Assembly (NCBI GenBank): GCA_950097015.1
Contig: CATNEN010000002.1
Span: 6,882,001-6,946,000, forward strand
Reading direction: 5' to 3'
Source of the DNA: Macrostomum hystrix
Lineage: Eukaryota; Animalia; Platyhelminthes
DNA: 64,000 bases
A program made the position numbers and the translations under genes. Positions 61,301-64,000 of the stretch are shown piece after piece. Position 1 is the first letter of the stretch; each line of letters begins with the position of its first letter. A model generated the notes under the pieces. The model searched no databases, was not told the DNA's origin, and was given only the letters and a program-made list of their open reading frames with translations.

Positions 61301-64000
61301 TTTGTTACATTATATTTAGATTCGATATCAAAACACAGTGGATCCTCTACAAAATCGAAAGCCAAAATCACAAATTCCAAATGTTTGAGATATTCCAAAA
61401 TTTTGGTCTAGGATCACATATCCTATCGCATATCCTAGAGCTAACACATTTAATCCCATATCCTAACACACTGAATCTCCTATCCTAACACCTTGGATCC
61501 CAAACACCTTGGATCGCAAACACCTTGGATCCTAAACACCTTGGATCCTAAACACCTTGGATCCCAAACACCTTGGATCCTAAACACCTTGGATCCCAAA
61601 CACCTTGGATCCTAAACACCTTGGATCCCAAACACCTTGGATCTTAAACACCTTGGATCCCAAACACCTTGGATCCCTAACACCTTGGATCCCTAACACC
61701 TTGGATCCCTAACACCTTGGATCCTTAACACCTTGGATCCCTAACACCTTGGATCCCTAACACCTTGGATCCCTAACACCTTGGATCCCAAACACCTCGT
61801 ATCCCAAACACCTTGGATCCTAAACACCTTGGATACCTAACACCTTGAATCCCAAAAAATAGGATTAGATCCGATATCCTAACACGTTCGAATTTTCTCA
61901 CCTTCACGGACTGCATCAAGGGCTGTGGCTGCTGCTGTTGCTGAGGCGCAGGCGTGCCAGGCGGCGTCTCAGGCTGCTCATCCTCCAGCGGCTGCTGCCT
62001 GAGCTCCAGGCGTTTCCTAGGAATGCGCAGACCGCCGAACGGCTGGCTTGGCAGCTGGCGCCAGCGATCCAGGAGGTCGCGAGCAGCGCCGCAGCCGCCG
62101 CTGTCAGCCAGGCGCTCCAGTAGCGGCATCACCTGAGCAACATGCTGCACGTAGGTCACTGGCAGACGGTCGAGAGCCAGCACCAGAGTTTCAGCCGCCC
62201 TGTCAGTACCGCTAGAGCCCGCGAAGCCATCTGAGGTCGGCTCTGAAACCGACGGGTCCCGAGCGTTGAACTCGCGCAGATAGGAGGCCAGAACGTCGAT
62301 GGCGTGACAGCGGCGCAGGGCCTGAAGTCCCGCCGGGCAGGTGCTGCTGGCCACCAGGCCTACAAGCCGCATGCGGGTGTCCCAGTCCAGGCTCTCCTGC
62401 GGTGCATCGTAGCGGGGGTGGCTGGAGCTGCTACAGCCACACACAGTAAGAAAAAGAGAAAAAATCAGAGGAGAAGGAAGGGAAGAACAGTGAAGATTAG
62501 GGATAGGAATGAAGTTCTAGGTTGATGAGAATTAGAAGAATAATGATGAAATGGGAAGGAACATGGGGTGAGTGGGAGAGCGGCCTAACGCGCTTGCCTC
62601 TCGCGCCCGGAGATCGATGCTACGGCGAGTCGACATTTTATTTGAGGTGCAACCGCAGACAGAAGGCTTTGGATGAGAAAGTCAGGGCAGATGTACACAC
62701 ACCAGTGTTTGTGAGTGCTAAGAAGTCAGCGGAATGGGCAGCTGAATTGCCTACTATTTGAATTGCGGGTCTACTGTCACCAAATGATGTGTCTTCAGCC
62801 CCTTTAACAGTAGACCACGGGTACCCATCTTTTTGCTCTTGAAGATTCAAAAATTTAAAGCTTCTAAAACATTAAGCGATTCCCATCGGAGTGTCTGGTG
62901 GGAAGAACCACAAATATAGGCATAATATATCTGCTAACAAAATCTCATCATGTAACCATGTTAACGGTATCATTGCTAACTTCTTTGGAATGATAAAATC
63001 GTTAATATTTTAATTTCTGAACCAATATAGCTAGTAGATTCGCCAAAGAAGTTATACAGAGCAATGTTACTTATTCTTGTCACCAGGGTCTTAGACAAGA
63101 ATCGCTGAATATCTCGACGATGATTAAGTCTGACGGCTTTAAAGGTTAACTCATCGAAAAGGACGGAAATGTAGATCCCTAAATGGTGGATTTTTACGAA
63201 AAGTAAGTCATTCGGTTTGGGAGCGATCGTGAAGTAGGCATTTGGTATTTGAAATACACCCAGGGGAAAAAATGACGTGGCATTTCTACGGCTAACGAAA
63301 TGCCGAAACGTCGCTAAAGAATTTCACGTAACAGAGTCGCTTGCGGCGCTGTAGAGAAGTTTGGAGTCGCTCAAGAAGCGCTTCGGTGGTAAATAAGGCC
63401 TTTAAAACTAATTTTCAATCGTTCAAGAAACGGCGCAAGTAAAAAGCTTAAAGCGAGCAAAAAAAGACGAAGGAAGAACAAAGCAAGCGTCCCGGAACTC
63501 ACCTGCACCAGCAGGCGCACCAGGCTGCGAGCATCGTCAGCTGACTGCAGGCCTTCAAGCCGCAGCAGTCTGGCAACCTGGCGATCCCTAGCTGCGAAAT
63601 CGCGGGCCTGCACCCGATCCTGCAGCTGCTGACTGCGGCTGCCCATCACGCCGGTGCAGTTCGGGCTGTTGCAGTAGCACTTCTGCAGCTCCCTGCCGTA
63701 CTGCACGAATCCGTAGTCGACTGTCACCTCCTCCCCGGCCGGTATGTCGCGCAAGGCAAAGAATCCAACCCGCTGTTCCCTAGCAACCGTCCATTTTTGA
63801 ATATCGGAGTTTGGCGCGCAGCTGTGGTTGGCGAATCTAGCCCAGTTACCCATTGCGCCAGCGTCAATGATGACATCCGACTCCAGCGACATAAAGTAGT
63901 GATGCGGACAGCCACTCTTCTCATAAGCTACTATTCGTCGTTTAAACTGCGAGAAGTCTATGACTTCGCCAACGTACTCGATGAGGAAAGCGCCAGCTGG
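58392..64000 (-). CDS. SETD2: SETD2/Set2-type H3K36 methyltransferase, 5' part outside the window; exons >64000-63503, 62396-61902, 61144-60630, 58641-58392
   Basis: SET/post-SET motifs FLIEYVGEVID, HHYFMSL, IIDAGAMGNWARFANHSCAPN, QKWTV, GEEVTVDY, QKCYCNSPNCTGVMG; following LW/TFIIS-N-like helical region; divergent SRI-like C-terminus; all junctions are GT-AG and in frame. Confidence 0.85.
58655..60622. repeat. ~29-bp tandem repeat (gtccctacccctgatgcttcagtaggctg, with 25-31 bp variants) occupying essentially the whole last SETD2 intron
   Basis: Direct observation. Confidence 0.97.
61480..61850. repeat. ~17-18-bp tandem repeat (aacaccttggatccc/ta) in a SETD2 intron
   Basis: Direct observation. 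Confidence 0.92.
62570..62800 (+). mobile_element. SINE family 1, degenerate/deleted copy in a SETD2 intron
   Basis: gcgcttgcctctcgc head; gatgagaaagtcagggcagatgtacacac...gtcaccaaatgatgtg. Confidence 0.7.

Overview
Intron-rich metazoan genomic DNA with GC-rich exons, AT-rich spacers and about 25 different short tandem arrays, many of them inside introns. This overall style suggests a Macrostomum-like flatworm (inference, not proven). Genes reconstructed by hand from splice signals: a 7-exon anoctamin (minus, 7265-17920) with tRNA-Lys(CTT) in its last intron, centrin-3, a BTB-BACK protein with a 4xCxxC tail, the 3' part of a SETD2/Set2 gene, a LamG-like ORF, a small gene resembling the PARP4/VWA5A C-terminal domain, and an orphan secreted-protein exon. 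Two loci stand out. (1) Two genes for secreted, modular pacifastin-like proteins (25163-28007 and 46387-47935) hold 12 domains in total. Eleven of these have lost exactly the Cys3/Cys5 disulfide pair, and all carry an extra flanking Cys pair. Exon modules are joined by phase-2 introns whose donors overlap stop codons. (2) A decayed Polinton/adintovirus-like element (about 31.4-37.5 kb) carries protein-primed PolB, two dUTPase remnants and a TBP-like ORF, and its polymerase motif A is disrupted by a perfect 50-bp inverted duplication. Two tRNA-derived SINE families are scattered throughout. All family assignments come from motif recognition by eye; no database searches were run.
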